A DNA stretch of 64,000 nt from Centroscyllium fabricii (GCA_051313645.2 JBNRSN020000019.1:60698001-60762000), one strand, 5' to 3'; positions 35,282-48,050 are shown, numbered from the stretch's first letter. Numbers and translations are program-made. Notes: generated by a model from the letters alone, not told the origin.

Positions 35282-38200
35282 TTAACTTCGTGCTGGGACT
35301 AGGGTCCTGGCAAATCATATAACTAGGGCAATAGAGAGGTCTTTAAACTAAGTAGCGGGGGGGAGGATTCAAGAGAGATAATAACGACAGGGGTAAAGGA
35401 AATAGAGCAGGGTTTCAGTGGGGAATCTGAAAATCAAAGTGTGCTAGGAGGATACAGAATGTATGAAGATAAAGGTAGAGTCGTAAAAGGAGTAAAAACA
35501 GAAATAAAGGGTAGTAAAACACATGTGAAAGTGCTTTATCTGAATGCACGTAGTATTCGCAATAAGATAGATGAATTGACGGTACAATTAAGCACATATA
35601 GGTATGATATTGTGGCCATTACAGAAACATGGCTGCAAGGTGATCAGGACTGGGAGTTAAACATAGAGGGTTACTTGACAATCAGAAAAGACAGACAGGA
35701 AAGAAAAGGAGGTGGGGTGGCCTTTTTAATAAAGGATGGAATAACTGCAATAGAAAGGAAGGATATTGGGTCAAATGATCAGGATAGTGAAACAGCTTGG
35801 GTACAGATAGAGAATAATAAGGGGAAAAAAACACTAGTGGGTGTAATCTATAGACCTCCCAATAGTTGTGACTCTGTTGGTCAGAACATAAATCAGCAAA
35901 TAGTTGAAGCATGTAATAAGGGAACTGCTGTAATCATGGGGGACTTTAACTTTCATATCAACTGGACAAATCAGACTGGGCAGGGTAGGCTAGAGGAACA
36001 GTTTATAGAGTGTATTAGGGATGGGTTCTTAGAACAGTATGTCACTGAACCGACAAGGGGGGAGGCAATCTTGGATCTGGTCCTGTGTAATGAAGCAGGA
36101 TTAATTAAAAATGTCATAGTTAGGGACCCTCTTGGAACGAGTGACCACAATATGGTTGAATTCCATATTCAACTAGAGGGGGAGCAATTTGAAACTCAAA
36201 CCAGGGTACTTAGTCTAAACAAGGGAGACTATGAAGGTATGAGAACAGAACTGATTAAAGTAGATTGGGATAACGGACTAAAGAATAAGACGGTACATGA
36301 GCAGTGGCGTACTTTTAAGGAGTTAGTGTACAACCTTCAAGAAAAATACATTCCACTGAAGAAAAAAAGGGGTAATAGAAAGGGCAGCCAACCATGGCTA
36401 AGTAAAGTAATAAAGGATAGTATTCGGCTAAAGGCGAGGGCATATAAGGTAGCCAGATACAGTGGGAAGACAGAAGACTGGGAAGCATTTAAAAGTCAGC
36501 AAAAAATAACAAAGAGATTAATTAAGAAGGGGAAAATAGATTATGAAAGTAACTTAGCGAAAAACATAAAAACTAATAGCAAGAGTTTTTATAGTTATAT
36601 AAAAAGAAAAAGGGTGGCTAAGGTGAATGTTGGTCCATTGGAGGGTGAGACTGGGAAGTTGTTGGTGGGGAACATGGAGATGGCAAAAGCATTAAATGAA
36701 TATTTTGTATCAGTCTTTACCGTAGAAGACATTAAAAATATTCCAACGCTGGATAAACAGGGGGCTATAGGAATGGAGGAGCTAAACACTATTAAGATCA
36801 CTAAGGAGATGGTATTAGGTAAATTAATGGGACTTAAGGCGGATAAATCCCCTGGGCCTGATGGATTACATCCTAGGGTCTTGAGAGAAATAGCGGTGGG
36901 GATTGTGGATGCATTGGTGATAATTTTCCAAAACTCCCTGGAGTCAGGAAGGGTCCCGGTGGATTGGAAAATGGCTAATGTAACACCTATATTTAAAAAG
37001 GGAAGTAGACAGAAGGCTGGTAACTATAGACCGGTTAGTCTAACATCTGTGGTGGGTAAAATGTTAGAGACCATTATTAAAGAAACACTGACGGGGCACT
37101 TGGATAAACATGACTTAATCGGACAGAGTCAGCATGGTTTTACGAAGGGGAAGTCATGTTTAACTAATTTGCTCGAATTCTTTGAGGAAGTAACATCTCG
37201 GGTGGATAAAGGGGAACCGGTGGATGTGGTATACTTGGACTTCCAAAAGGCTTTTGACAAGGTGCCACATAAGAGACTATTGCATAAAATAAAAAATTAT
37301 GGGATTGGGGGAAATATATTAGCATGGGTAGAGGATTGGCTTTCAAACAGGAAGCAGAGAGTTGGGATAAATGGTTCATACTCGGGATGGCAATCGGTGA
37401 CTAGCGGTGTTCCGCAGGGGTCGGTGCTGGGACCCCAGCTGTTTACAATCTATATAAATGATTTGGAGGAGGGGGCCAAGTGTAATATATCAAAGTTTGC
37501 AGATGACACAAAAATGGGAGGAAAAGCAGGGAGTGAGGAGGACAGAAAAAGCCTGCAAAAGGATATAGATAAGCTAGGTGATTGGGCAGCAATTTGGCAG
37601 ATGAAATTTAATACTGATAAATGTGAAGTTATACACTTTGGAAAAAAAAATCATAGGGCAAGTTATTTTCTAAATGGGGAGGAGCTGCATTGTAATACAA
37701 CGCAAAGAGACCTGGGGGTATTAGTGCATGAATCACAAAAAGTTAGTATGCAGGTGCAGCAAGTGATTAGGAAGGCCAATGGAGTCTTAGCCTTTATTGC
37801 TAGGGGGATAGAGTATAAAAGCAGGGAGGTCTTGCTGCAGCTGTACACAGTATTGGTGAGACCGCATTTGGAATATTGTGTGCAGTTTTGGTGTCCATAC
37901 TTAAGAAAGGATGTACTTGCCCTGGAGGCAGTGCAGAGAAGGTTTACACGGTTAATTCCAGCGATGAGGGGGTTGACATATGAGGAAAGGTTAATAAGTA
38001 GGTTGGGACTCTACTCTTTAGAGTTCAGAAGAATGAGAGGCGATCTTATTGAAACGTATAAGATCGTGAGGGGCCTTGATCGGGTGGATGCGCCAAGGAT
38101 GTTTCCAATGATCGGGGAGACTAGAACTAGGAGGCATAGTCTTAGAATAAGGGGGGGCTCTTTTAAAACTGAGATGAGGAGAAACTTCTTCACCCAGAGG

Positions 38201-38751
38201 ATGGTTAATCTGTGGAATTCACTGCCTCAGGGAGCTGTGGAAGCGGGAACATTAAATAAATTTAAAACCGAAATAGACTGTTTTTTAGCTGACAAGGGAA
38301 TTAGGGGTTACGGGGAGCGGGCAGGGAAGTGGACCTGAGTTATGGTTAGTATAGTAAGACCTGAGTGATCTCCTGGACAAGTTTCGATCGCCTGGATTGG
38401 GGTCGGAGAGGAATTTCCCGGATTTTTTTCCCAAATTGGACCTGGGTTTTTATCCGGTTTTTCGCCTCTCCCAGGAGATCACACGGTTCTTTGGGTGGGA
38501 GAAGGGTGATAGTGGTACGAAGGTTAGGGTAGGATCAGCAATGATCTTGATGGGTGAGGGGGCGGGCTTGGGGGGCCGATTGGCCTACTCCTGCTCCTAT
38601 TTATGGGGTTCTTGTGTTCTTGTGTTCCTGTGTTCTTGTGTCTTCTGTTCTTGTGTCCCTGTGTTCAGCCATGAACGTATTGAATGGCGGTGCGGGCTCG
38701 ACGGACCGAATGGTCTTCTCCTGCACCTATTTTCTATGACTCTATGACTCT
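35282..38751 (+). mobile_element. CR1 LINE: end of ORF1, complete ORF2 and composite 3' UTR
   Basis: ORF1-like C-terminus AGTRVLANHITRAIERSLN*, then ORF2, then a (tctatgac)n tail. Confidence 0.95.
35441..38338 (+). CDS. CR1 ORF2: APE endonuclease + reverse transcriptase, uninterrupted 965 aa
   Basis: YLNARS, ITETW, GDFN, SDH (APE); KSPGPDG, QHGF, GVPQGSVLGP, FADD (RT). First ATG at 35459. Confidence 0.95.
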   Translation: MLGGYRMYEDKGRVVKGVKTEIKGSKTHVKVLYLNARSIRNKIDELTVQLSTYRYDIVAITETWLQGDQDWELNIEGYLTIRKDRQERKGGGVAFLIKDGITAIERKDIGSNDQDSETAWVQIENNKGKKTLVGVIYRPPNSCDSVGQNINQQIVEACNKGTAVIMGDFNFHINWTNQTGQGRLEEQFIECIRDGFLEQYVTEPTRGEAILDLVLCNEAGLIKNVIVRDPLGTSDHNMVEFHIQLEGEQFETQTRVLSLNKGDYEGMRTELIKVDWDNGLKNKTVHEQWRTFKELVYNLQEKYIPLKKKRGNRKGSQPWLSKVIKDSIRLKARAYKVARYSGKTEDWEAFKSQQKITKRLIKKGKIDYESNLAKNIKTNSKSFYSYIKRKRVAKVNVGPLEGETGKLLVGNMEMAKALNEYFVSVFTVEDIKNIPTLDKQGAIGMEELNTIKITKEMVLGKLMGLKADKSPGPDGLHPRVLREIAVGIVDALVIIFQNSLESGRVPVDWKMANVTPIFKKGSRQKAGNYRPVSLTSVVGKMLETIIKETLTGHLDKHDLIGQSQHGFTKGKSCLTNLLEFFEEVTSRVDKGEPVDVVYLDFQKAFDKVPHKRLLHKIKNYGIGGNILAWVEDWLSNRKQRVGINGSYSGWQSVTSGVPQGSVLGPQLFTIYINDLEEGAKCNISKFADDTKMGGKAGSEEDRKSLQKDIDKLGDWAAIWQMKFNTDKCEVIHFGKKNHRASYFLNGEELHCNTTQRDLGVLVHESQKVSMQVQQVIRKANGVLAFIARGIEYKSREVLLQLYTVLVRPHLEYCVQFWCPYLRKDVLALEAVQRRFTRLIPAMRGLTYEERLISRLGLYSLEFRRMRGDLIETYKIVRGLDRVDAPRMFPMIGETRTRRHSLRIRGGSFKTEMRRNFFTQRMVNLWNSLPQGAVEAGTLNKFKTEIDCFLADKGIRGYGERAGKWT

Positions 38752-39027
38752 AGGAGGTCTCCTCCATGGCGGCTGATGCGGCCGGAACCGGATTTGTCCT
38801 CTTGTATTTGACCACTTTTACCGAAGCGAACAACTTGGCTCGATTGAGTTTCTCAATCCCCTTCATAATTTAAAAACTAAAATTAGAACACCTCAAATTC
38901 TCCTCCCCACCCCAAAATAAACAAATCCACTACCATCAAAACTTAAAACCCTGATAATAGCAATCAGCTTCATTGAGCACCTCTGTTCGCTCTCGAGGAT
39001 AGTAGTTACTATGATTATATACAATAC

Positions 39028-42000
39028 TGTGGCGGCACGCCCACTTGGACACCGAATCCGCCACGGGAACACCGCGGGGCAGAGCCCCGCTCATCCGGGT
39101 GACGCGACGACGTCACCACGTCTTCCTGCGTGATGACGTCACCAACGGCGGGCAGTTTAAATAAGCTTGTTTCGAGTGGTTCGCTCTCTTTCCTGTTTAA
39201 CTCTTATGCATTAAACAAGTGTTTTCTCTAGCTCTCTGGCTCACGCGTGGTTTCTAGGCCTTGCTGGCGCTACAGTGGTGACCCCGAATTGGAACGACTT
39301 CCAAAGAAAAAAGCTGCCGCAGGATCAAGGATCACCAGCCTAAGGACACTTTAAAAGAGAAAACATGACTGCAAGAGCAAGGAACCAAGCTCCACGAACC
39401 CAAGGACTTGGCCAGAACTTCGGGCACAGACTTACCCTGCCAGAGTTCTGGGAGCAACGGCCAGCGGCCTGGTTCATGTGCATTGAGACCAGCTGCCGCA
39501 CACATGGCATCCAGGGGGACGACCGCTACGACCTGGTCTTCTCAGCACTACCGCAATCGACGATCGATCGGATGTGGTCAAAAATACAGCGTGTGCCCAC
39601 TACAGGCAGGTACGAATCCCTCAAGGCCGCGCTCATAATTTTTTTTACCCCCTCTCAATTTGAGCGCGACTGCCAGCTCCTTGACCTCCCCGAACTCGGG
39701 GACGCAGACCCATCGGACCTTTTGGGTCAGATGCAAGCGCTCACTGCCAATCCCGCCTCCCTGTTCCGCACCGTCTTCCTCCTCAAACTGCCCCGCTCCA
39801 TCAGACCGGCCCTGGCGGCCCTTGGCCAGCGGAGCGACGACGAGCTCGCTGAGGAGGCCGACAGGCTCATGGAGGCACAGCGCACCCGCTCAACCACGTG
39901 CGACCCTAACTCCGCATCCATAGAGCGCAACCAATCGCCCCCCAGGCCCAACTTTATGCCTGAAACTAGGGCCCCGCGCCCACCCAGGCAACCGCGTCCC
40001 TCTAGCACCGGCTGGTGCTACTACCACACACGGTTCGATAGTAAAGCGCACCGCTGCGTCCAGCCATGCGCATTTAAGCCACGGCCCACCCCAGCCCCCA
40101 CTATGTCTGTAGGACACACAGGCGCACTGCTCTTTGTCACAGACAGCGGCACAGGCCTCAGGTTCCTCTGCGACACAGGCGCACAGCACAGCATCGTGCC
40201 AGCCTCCCCTGCAGAAGCCAAACAAGGCACCCGGGGCCCGCCACTTGCAGCGGCCAACGGCTCCAATATCAAAACGTACGGCACCCGCAAGCTCATAATT
40301 ACACTTGCAGGCCACACGTATACCTGGGACTTTGTCACAGCCCAGGTCACTTCACCCCTCCTCGGAGCAGATTTCCTCTGCGCCCACGGCCTGCTGGTCG
40401 ACATGACCCGGCGCCGCTTGGTCGACATTAATAACATGTCGACCATCCCATGCTCCACAGGGCCCGCACTCCTGGCCCACGCGGCCGCCCAATGCCGCTC
40501 TCGGAACTCCGATGCCTACGGCACACTCCTAGCAGAGTTCCCCGCCCTAACCAACCCCACGTTCACCGCCCGCCGGGCCAAACACGGGGTAGAACATTTT
40601 ATAACTACCACAGGCCCTCCCGTCCATGGCCACAGGCTCGACCCGGCCAAACAGGAGATCGCGCGCACCGAGTTCCGCACTATGGAGCAACTCGGTATAA
40701 TCCGCCGCTCCAACAGCCCCTGGGCCTCTCCTCTCCACATAGCCCCCAAGCTGGGCGGGGGTTGGCGCCCCTGCGGCGACTACCGCCTAAACAATGCCAC
40801 TACCCCGGATAGGTACCCCGTACCCCACATCCAGGATTTTTCCGCCTGATTAGCGGGCTGCACGATCTTCTCCAAGATCGACCTGCTGCGTGGCTACCAC
40901 CAGGTTCCGGTGCACCCGGCGGACATTCCCGAAACGGCCGTTATCACTCCCTTTGGACTCTTCGAGTTTCTCAGGATGCCCTTCGGCCTTAAAAACGCGG
41001 CCCAGGCCTTCCAGCGCCTCATGGACTCGGTCCTACGGGACTTGAAGTTCATTTTCGTCTACTTAGACGACATCCTCGTGGCCAGCACCTCCCCCCAGGA
41101 ACACCTCCTGCACCTCAGGACCCTGTTCCAGCGCCTGACCGAACACGGCCTAATATTAAGCCCTACTAAGTGTAAATTCGGCCTCCAAACCATTGACTTC
41201 CTCGGCCACCGCATTTCCCAAACCGGGGCCATACCCCTGCCCTCCGAGGTGCAGGCGGTCCAGGAATTCCCCCGCCCGCACTCCATTAAGGGGCTGCAGG
41301 AATTTCTGGGGATGGTCAATTTTTACAACCGCTTTATCCCGGGAGCAGCCGCTCTCATGGCCCCCTTATACCAGGCCACACGCGGGCAGTCCAACAAGGC
41401 TGCGGTCGAGTGGACGGCCGACGCCGCCACCGCCTTCACCGCAACTAATACCGCCCTGGCTAACGCCACCCTCCTAGCCCACCCTAGGCCCAACGCCAGA
41501 GTAGCCCTCACCACCAACGCCTCCGACCACGCGGTCGGGGCCGTATTTGAGCAGTGGACCGGCAACTCGTGGCAGCCCCTGGCCTTTTTCAGCCGGCAAC
41601 TCTGGCCCCCAGAGGTCAAGTACAGCGCCTTCGAAAGGGAGCTCCTCGCTCTCCATCTTGCAGTGCGACATTTTCGCTTCCTCCTGGAGGGCCGCCACTT
41701 CACAGCCTTCGTCGACCATAAGCCACTCACCTTCGCGATGGCTAAGGTCGCCGAACCCTGGTCGGCCAGGCAGCAGCGCCAGCTCGCGGCCGTGTCGGAG
41801 TTCACGACCGACATTCAGCATATCTCCGGCCGCGACAACGTGGTCGCTGACTGCCTCTCACGGCCCACCATTAACGCCGCCCAAATGGCGGTCGATTACG
41901 CCCAGCTGGCTGCTGACCAGCTGGCTGACCCCGACCTGCTGAACTCAGCAGCAAATCTCCCCGGCCTCCACTTGGCCAATATCGCGCACGGCCCCGCTGC

Positions 42001-43475
42001 CACCGTCGTCTGCTGCGATGTGTCCCTGCCGCAGCCCAGGCCCGTCGTCCCCCACGCTTGGAGGCGACACATTTTCAAGACCCTCCATGACCTGTCCCAA
42101 CCCGGCACCCGCGCGTCGATTAAACTTATATCGGCCCGGTTCGTATGGCGCGGCCTGCGCAAAGACGTCCGCGCCTGGGCCAACTCCTGCATTGCCTGCC
42201 AGCGCTCCAAAGTGCATAAGCACATCAGGGCACCGCTGGAAACATTTAAAGTGCCGGCCAGACGCTTTGACCACGTCCACATTGATCTCGTCGGGCCACT
42301 ACCGCCATCCCGGGGCCACACGCACGTAATGACCATGGTCGACCGCAACACTCGCTGGCCAGAAGCAGTCCCCCTCGCTGCCACCGGCACCACGGACTTG
42401 GCCAGGGCGTTCATCGCCACCTGGGTCGCCCGCTTCGGCGTGCCCACCGACATCACCTCCGACAGAGGACCCCAGTTCACGTCAGCACTATGGGTGGCCA
42501 TCGCCCGCGACCTCGGGGTAACCTTGCATCGAACCACCGCATACCACCCACAAGCTAACGGGCTCTGCGAACGGTTCCACCGATCTATGAAGGCATCACT
42601 GCGAGCCACCCTCAAGGATGCGTCTTGGACCGACCGTCTCCCATGGGTTCTCCTCGGGCTGCGCTCGGCAGTCAAAGAGGACCTAAACGCCTCGGCAGCA
42701 GAACTCGTATACGGCCAGGCCCTAACAGTGCCGGGCGAATTTTTAGCCGAAGCAAACGCTCCCTGGTCAGCCGACCAGTACCTAAAAGACTTTGCCAACC
42801 CGGCACGAGCTTTCCAGCCACTACCAGTGGCCCGGCACGGAGAGCCGGCAGCACGAGTGCCGGACGGCATTAAAAATGCAAAATTTGTGTTCGTCCGGCG
42901 CGACGGACACTGATCACCACTACAGCCACCATACGATGGCCCCTATAGAGTGCTTCGGGCGGGAGCTAAAGCTTTCCAGCTTCAAATGGGCAACAGGACA
43001 GAAACTGTTACAATAGACCGGCTCAAGCCGGCACACGTTATAGCGGGCGAGACGACTGTCCCCGCACAACCACCGCAACGCGGACGCCCTCCCGCAACAA
43101 CACCCGCCCACACTCCACCGCAGAACCAGAAGCAACGCACAACACGGGCCGGCCGCATCATCCGGCCACCCCAACGGCTCACATAGACTCTTTCCTATTT
43201 CTCCCGGACGGATTCTGGGGGGGAGCTGTGTGGCGGCACGCCCACTTGGACACCGAATCCGCCACGGGAACACCGCGGGGCAGAGCCCCGCTCATCCGGG
43301 TGACGCGACGACATCACCACGTCTTCCTGCGTGATGACGTCACCAACGGCGGGCAGTTTAAATAAGCTTGTTTCGAGTGGTTCGCTCTCTTTCCTGTTTA
43401 ACTCTTATGCATTAAACAAGTGTTTTCTCTAGCTCTCTGGCTCACGCGTGGTTTCTAGGCCTTGCTGGCGCTACA
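39028..43475 (+). mobile_element. Full-length Gypsy LTR retrotransposon, CsRn1-like (copy 2)
   Basis: LTRs 39028-39274 and 43229-43475 (247 bp, one difference). TSD atac/gtac. PBS tggtgaccccga (tRNA-Trp type). PPT ggattctgggggggag. Confidence 0.97.
39365..43186 (+). pseudogene. Single-frame gag-pol of Gypsy copy 2 with two in-frame TGA stops
   Basis: ORFs starting at 39365, 40910 and 42950 share one frame. [40 protein letters not shown]. Confidence 0.93.
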
Positions 43476-44623
43476 GTACTGTGTAAAGGGTCGAGAATCA
43501 CCTTGTACAACAACACAACTTTTTGATCAGTACCCTCAGCATTATCCTTACTTACATGTTGACCGAGTGAACTGTAACTATAAAGTTTACAGCAATGCTG
43601 ATTTTTTTTAATTTGGTGACATTACAGTGTACAATTTCTTGCTATAATTCTAGAAATAAACTCATTTTGCAGAGTTCTACACCAATGCATTTGCTCTCTC
43701 CTGAAGATGACAATTTAGGCTGGGTGATGGTTCCACAAGTGCTGAGTCTCCAACTCAGTTAGCCACTCTTCAACTGCACGTCACAGCCAAGCCCGGTCCT
43801 GTCCTCACTCGATTTTCAATTTGTGTACTTCCCTTCCTTAGTTCAAGATCACTGGCTAAAATCAGGTCTGACTGGGGATGGGAACCATTAGAGGTTGGCC
43901 ATTCAGTCCTCATAATTTAACCCTTTAAGCCCAGTATAATTCTGGTGAACCTGCACTGCACCTGCTCCTGTAGTGTGGTGTGGTGTGCAGAACTGAACAC
44001 AGTACCCCAGATGGGGTCTGACCAAAGCTCTGTATAAATGAAGCACAACTTCCCCTCTTTCTGTATTCCAGCTACCTTGAGATAAAGGCCAACATTCAAT
44101 TAGCCTTTTTGATTACTTTTTATACCTATGCATTAACATTTAGTGATTAGTATACTTCGGTACCCACATCCTTTTGCTCCTCCACAGTTCCTAGTCTCTC
44201 GCCATTAAGAAAATGTTCCAATTATATCTTTCTTGGATCCAAACTTGGCCTCACACTGAACTCCATCTGCCAGAGATGTGCCCACTCACATGATATCTAC
44301 ACACATGCACTTTTCAGTCACGGTTCATTGGATTAAAAATAGCCAGAATCTGGCAGATTCTTTCTCCACACCAACAGCCAGAAGTACAGTACTCAGATCA
44401 ATTGTAGCACACAACTGTTGTCCTGGCTGAGATAAGCTGACCAAGCACTGACCAGGAATTGAGCATTCAGCTTTGCGATCTGTATGTCTCAGTATAAAAT
44501 GAGACTGTACCATTAAATACTAACCCACCAATGCATTAATAATACCACTGCCGCGCCAAGTGCATTACTGCACCACCTCTAAAAGATAAATAAATGCAAG
44601 ATATTATACTGTAAAATCCTTAC

Positions 44624-44761
44624 GCATGATGTCCATTCATAACTGCATGATCTTCAGCTGTCCATCCTTTATCTTCTTTTAAAGAAACATCTGCATTGTA
44701 ACGTAGAAGTAGCTTAACCAAGTTAATCTGTCCATTACTCGCAGCAATCATCAAGGCAGTT
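44624..44761 (-). CDS. ANKRD26: Ankyrin-repeat gene, exon D (138 bp)
   Basis: cctattag| ... |gtaagg. Encodes (R)TALMIAASNGQINLVKLLLRYNADVSLKEDKGWTAEDHAVMNGHH(A), phase 2-2. Confidence 0.92.
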
Positions 44762-46036
44762 CTAATAGGAACAGAAGACAGAAGATTTACAAATAATTGC
44801 CCTATGTCATATATGAATTACAAACCATAAGAGAAACATATTCCTCTCTTTTATGGCTGCCACAAACAGCTGACTGACTTAACTTGTCCTCAGGATTGGA
44901 CTCTTAAATAAATCTGAATGTACAATTCCCTTGAATTGTAATCAGTAATTCATGGGGATAAATTATTTGATACAAGTGTCCATTATGATCCCTTCCCACC
45001 TGGTTACAAAGAATTTAAGGCATCTCCTCCTTTTGGAGTGGGATTGTCATCAATGCTGGATTGATTTGATTTGATTTTTTTATTACAGCTCTACTGCGAG
45101 ATGGGCTTTTTTCCTCAGACTCAAAACACCATGTTTGGCATCATCGAGCAAGTCACAAAAGGCTTGTAATGCTATTTCAATTTGGCAACAGAGCAACTCA
45201 CTCCGCTGTGGTTGGGCTTGTATCATTGCCCATTTGCCATCCTTGGTATCGGATGAAAACTCTATTGGTAGCATTTCCAGCAGCACTAACCTGAATAGCA
45301 AAGGAACATCTTTACCCAAGGGCATTTGCAGCAGTTTGGACAGGGAATCCGGAAATCTCTAGCCAAACTGCTCTTGCCTACTTTCAAGGGATCAACTGTA
45401 GTGAGACTGTCTGCATAAGATTCGCCACAAGCTGAAAGGATGGTGCCCCAACAGGCCTCAACCCCACGCAAGTTGAGAGTCTGGTTGATCTTTTTAACTT
45501 CCAACAATTCTTTAGTGTCAATGAGCCACATGCATTTATATTCCTGGTACTCTCTTTCCTTTAATTCCTCCCCTTAATCAGCAACTAGAAGAATATAAAT
45601 CTGCAAAGTTCAAAGCAATTAACCTTTGTGGAATTCAGAAGAAATGTACTGCACTGAAAATAGATTAAGATATCAGAAGCTAATATTTCCTCTTACTTTC
45701 TATGGTACTTACAATATTAATATTACATGCTTGGAAGAACTAACTGTTCTCAATGAATGGCATTAAATGCATATTAAAAAATAAACAAGACTAGTCTGGT
45801 AGAACAATCAGATTCAATTCAAGCAATGGAATGCCCACTAGCAATTTCTCACATTTTCTTTTGTGTGTGGGCTCTTGTTGCTGGCAACCAGAAAGTACAG
45901 CATACCAACAGCAATAATCAGTGCTCGATAGGTATTACGTCAAGGATTCCACAAAGAAAGATTGACAGAAAATATATGCCAATTTTCCACAAAAGTTCTT
46001 AATGTAGTAATTTAAGACTTAGTGTGTAAACTGTAC

Positions 46037-46143
46037 CTCCCAGTTTTGTCCTTGACATTGACATCTGCGCCTTCTTTAAGGATAAATTCTACCATTTCTT
46101 GATGGTTCTCAATAACCGCCAACAGCAAAGGAGTATAACCATC
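46037..46143 (-). CDS. ANKRD26: Ankyrin-repeat gene, exon C (107 bp)
   Basis: ttcaaaag| ... |gtacag. Encodes [35 protein letters not shown](R), phase 0-2. Confidence 0.92.
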
Positions 46144-46839
46144 CTTTTGAAAACAAATAATTTCTTTAAATCATTTAATTACTACAGAGTAATTTGCATG
46201 GATATGGATATGTTAGTTCATTTCCACACATAAAAAGACTTGCATTTATATAGCACCTGTCACGGCCTCAGGATGTCCCAAAGCACTTTACAGCCAATGA
46301 AGTACTTTTGAAGTGTAGTCACTGTTGTAATATAGGAAACGTGGCAGCCAATTTGCACATAGAAAGAACAATGTGATAATGACCAGATAATGGCCCGGAT
46401 TTTGTGGTCGGTGTGGGGGTAGATTCAGAGTACACCGCCATACCTCCTTTGAAACCCACCGTAAGTTCGGGAATTCCACATGTGCTTCACGAAATCTGGA
46501 ACTTGCGGTCTGACAACGTACGTTGACAGGCCATCCGCACGGGCCACGAAATAGCAATTGCTGGCGCAGAGTTTGACTATGTGCCCACCGACTGGCCAGC
46601 AATTGCGCAAGGAAATGCTATGGTTGATGCAAACAGGCGCATCTGACACTTTTGTTAAAAGATTTGTAAATTTACTTTCTCATAAACGTCCAGTTCATAA
46701 AATTCAAAGCTTTTATGAGATTTTAATCACAAAAATGTCCATCTAGTCTTTATCTTACAACTGCAAAATTGGGGCGCTTTTACTTTTTAAATAGTTGTCG
46801 TACAAAATTACATTTTGCCAGAACCACTTAAAAATATTT

Positions 46840-48050
46840 TTTTATTCATTCTTGGGATATGTGGGTCAAACCCAGTTTATAATTTATTACCCACCCCTAG
46901 GTGTCCGCGAGAAGGTGGTGATCAGTCTTCTTGAACTGTTGCAGTTCATGGGGCGAAGGTATTAGGTACAGAGTTCCAGGAAAATGGTCAGCGGCGATAA
47001 AGGAACAGCGATGTATGTTCAAGTCAGGATGATGTGTGACTTGGAGAGGATGGTGTTCCCATGCACCTGTTGCCCTTGCCCTTCTAGGTGGTGGAGCTTG
47101 TGAGTTTGGGAGGTGTTGTCAAAGAAGCCTTAGCGAGTTGTTGCAGTGCATTTTATGGATAGTACACGCTGCAGCCACGGGGGAGGGAGTGGATATTTAA
47201 GGTGGCAAATGGGCTGCCGATCAAATGGGCTGCTTTGTCCTGGATGGTGTCGAGCTTCTTGAGCGTTGTTGCAGCTGCACCCATCCAAGCAAGTGGAGGG
47301 TATTCCATCACACTCTTGACTTGTACCTTGTAGGTAGTCGAGAGGTTTTGGGGAGTCAGGAGGTAAGCCATTTGCTGCAGAATACGTAGACTCTGATCTG
47401 TTCTATAACCATGACATTTTGTGGCTGGTCCAGTTAAGTTTCTGGTCAATGGCAACCCCCAGGATATTGATGTTGGGTGATTTGGCGATGGTAATGTTGT
47501 TTAAGGTGGATAGGCTCTCTTGTAGACTCTCTCTTGTTGAAAACGGTCATTACCTGGCATTTGTGTGGTGTGAATTTTACTTGCAACTTATTACTCGAAG
47601 CCTGGCTGTTGTCCAGGTTTTGTTGCGGGCATGGACTACTTCATTATCTGAGGAATTTTCTGACCTTATGATGGAAGGAATGTCATTGATGAGTAGCTGA
47701 AGATAGATGGGCCTAAAATGCTGCCGAGTAACTCCTGCAGCAATGTCCTGGGTTTGATATAATTGGCCTCCAACAACTGTCTTCCTTTGTGCTCGGCATG
47801 ACTCCAGCCAGTGGAGAGTTTTCTCACTGATCCCACTGACTTCAGTTTTATTGGGGCTCCTTGGTGCCACACTCGGTTGAATGCTGCCTTGATACCAAGG
47901 GCAGTCTCACCTCATCTCTGGAATTCAGTTTTGTCCATGTTCGAACCAAGGCTGTAATGAGGTCTGGAGCCAAGTGGTCTGGCAGAACCCAAACTAAGCA
48001 CTGGTGGAGCTTTTTGGTGAATAAGTGCCGCTTGATAGTACTGTTGATGA
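46840..48050 (-). mobile_element. Zenon-like LINE fragment
   Basis: LSTTYKVQVKSVMEYPPLAWMGAAATTLKKLDTIQ and LGPSIFS. Confidence 0.8.

Noticed and set aside
28991-42870. Long antisense ORFs (256, 207 and 324 aa) over the Gypsy pol genes
   Set aside because: These are shadow frames expected from GC-rich codon usage, with no independent motifs.
46392-46777. Harbinger-like MITE starting ggcccggattttg
   Set aside because: The right terminus and TSD could not be established.
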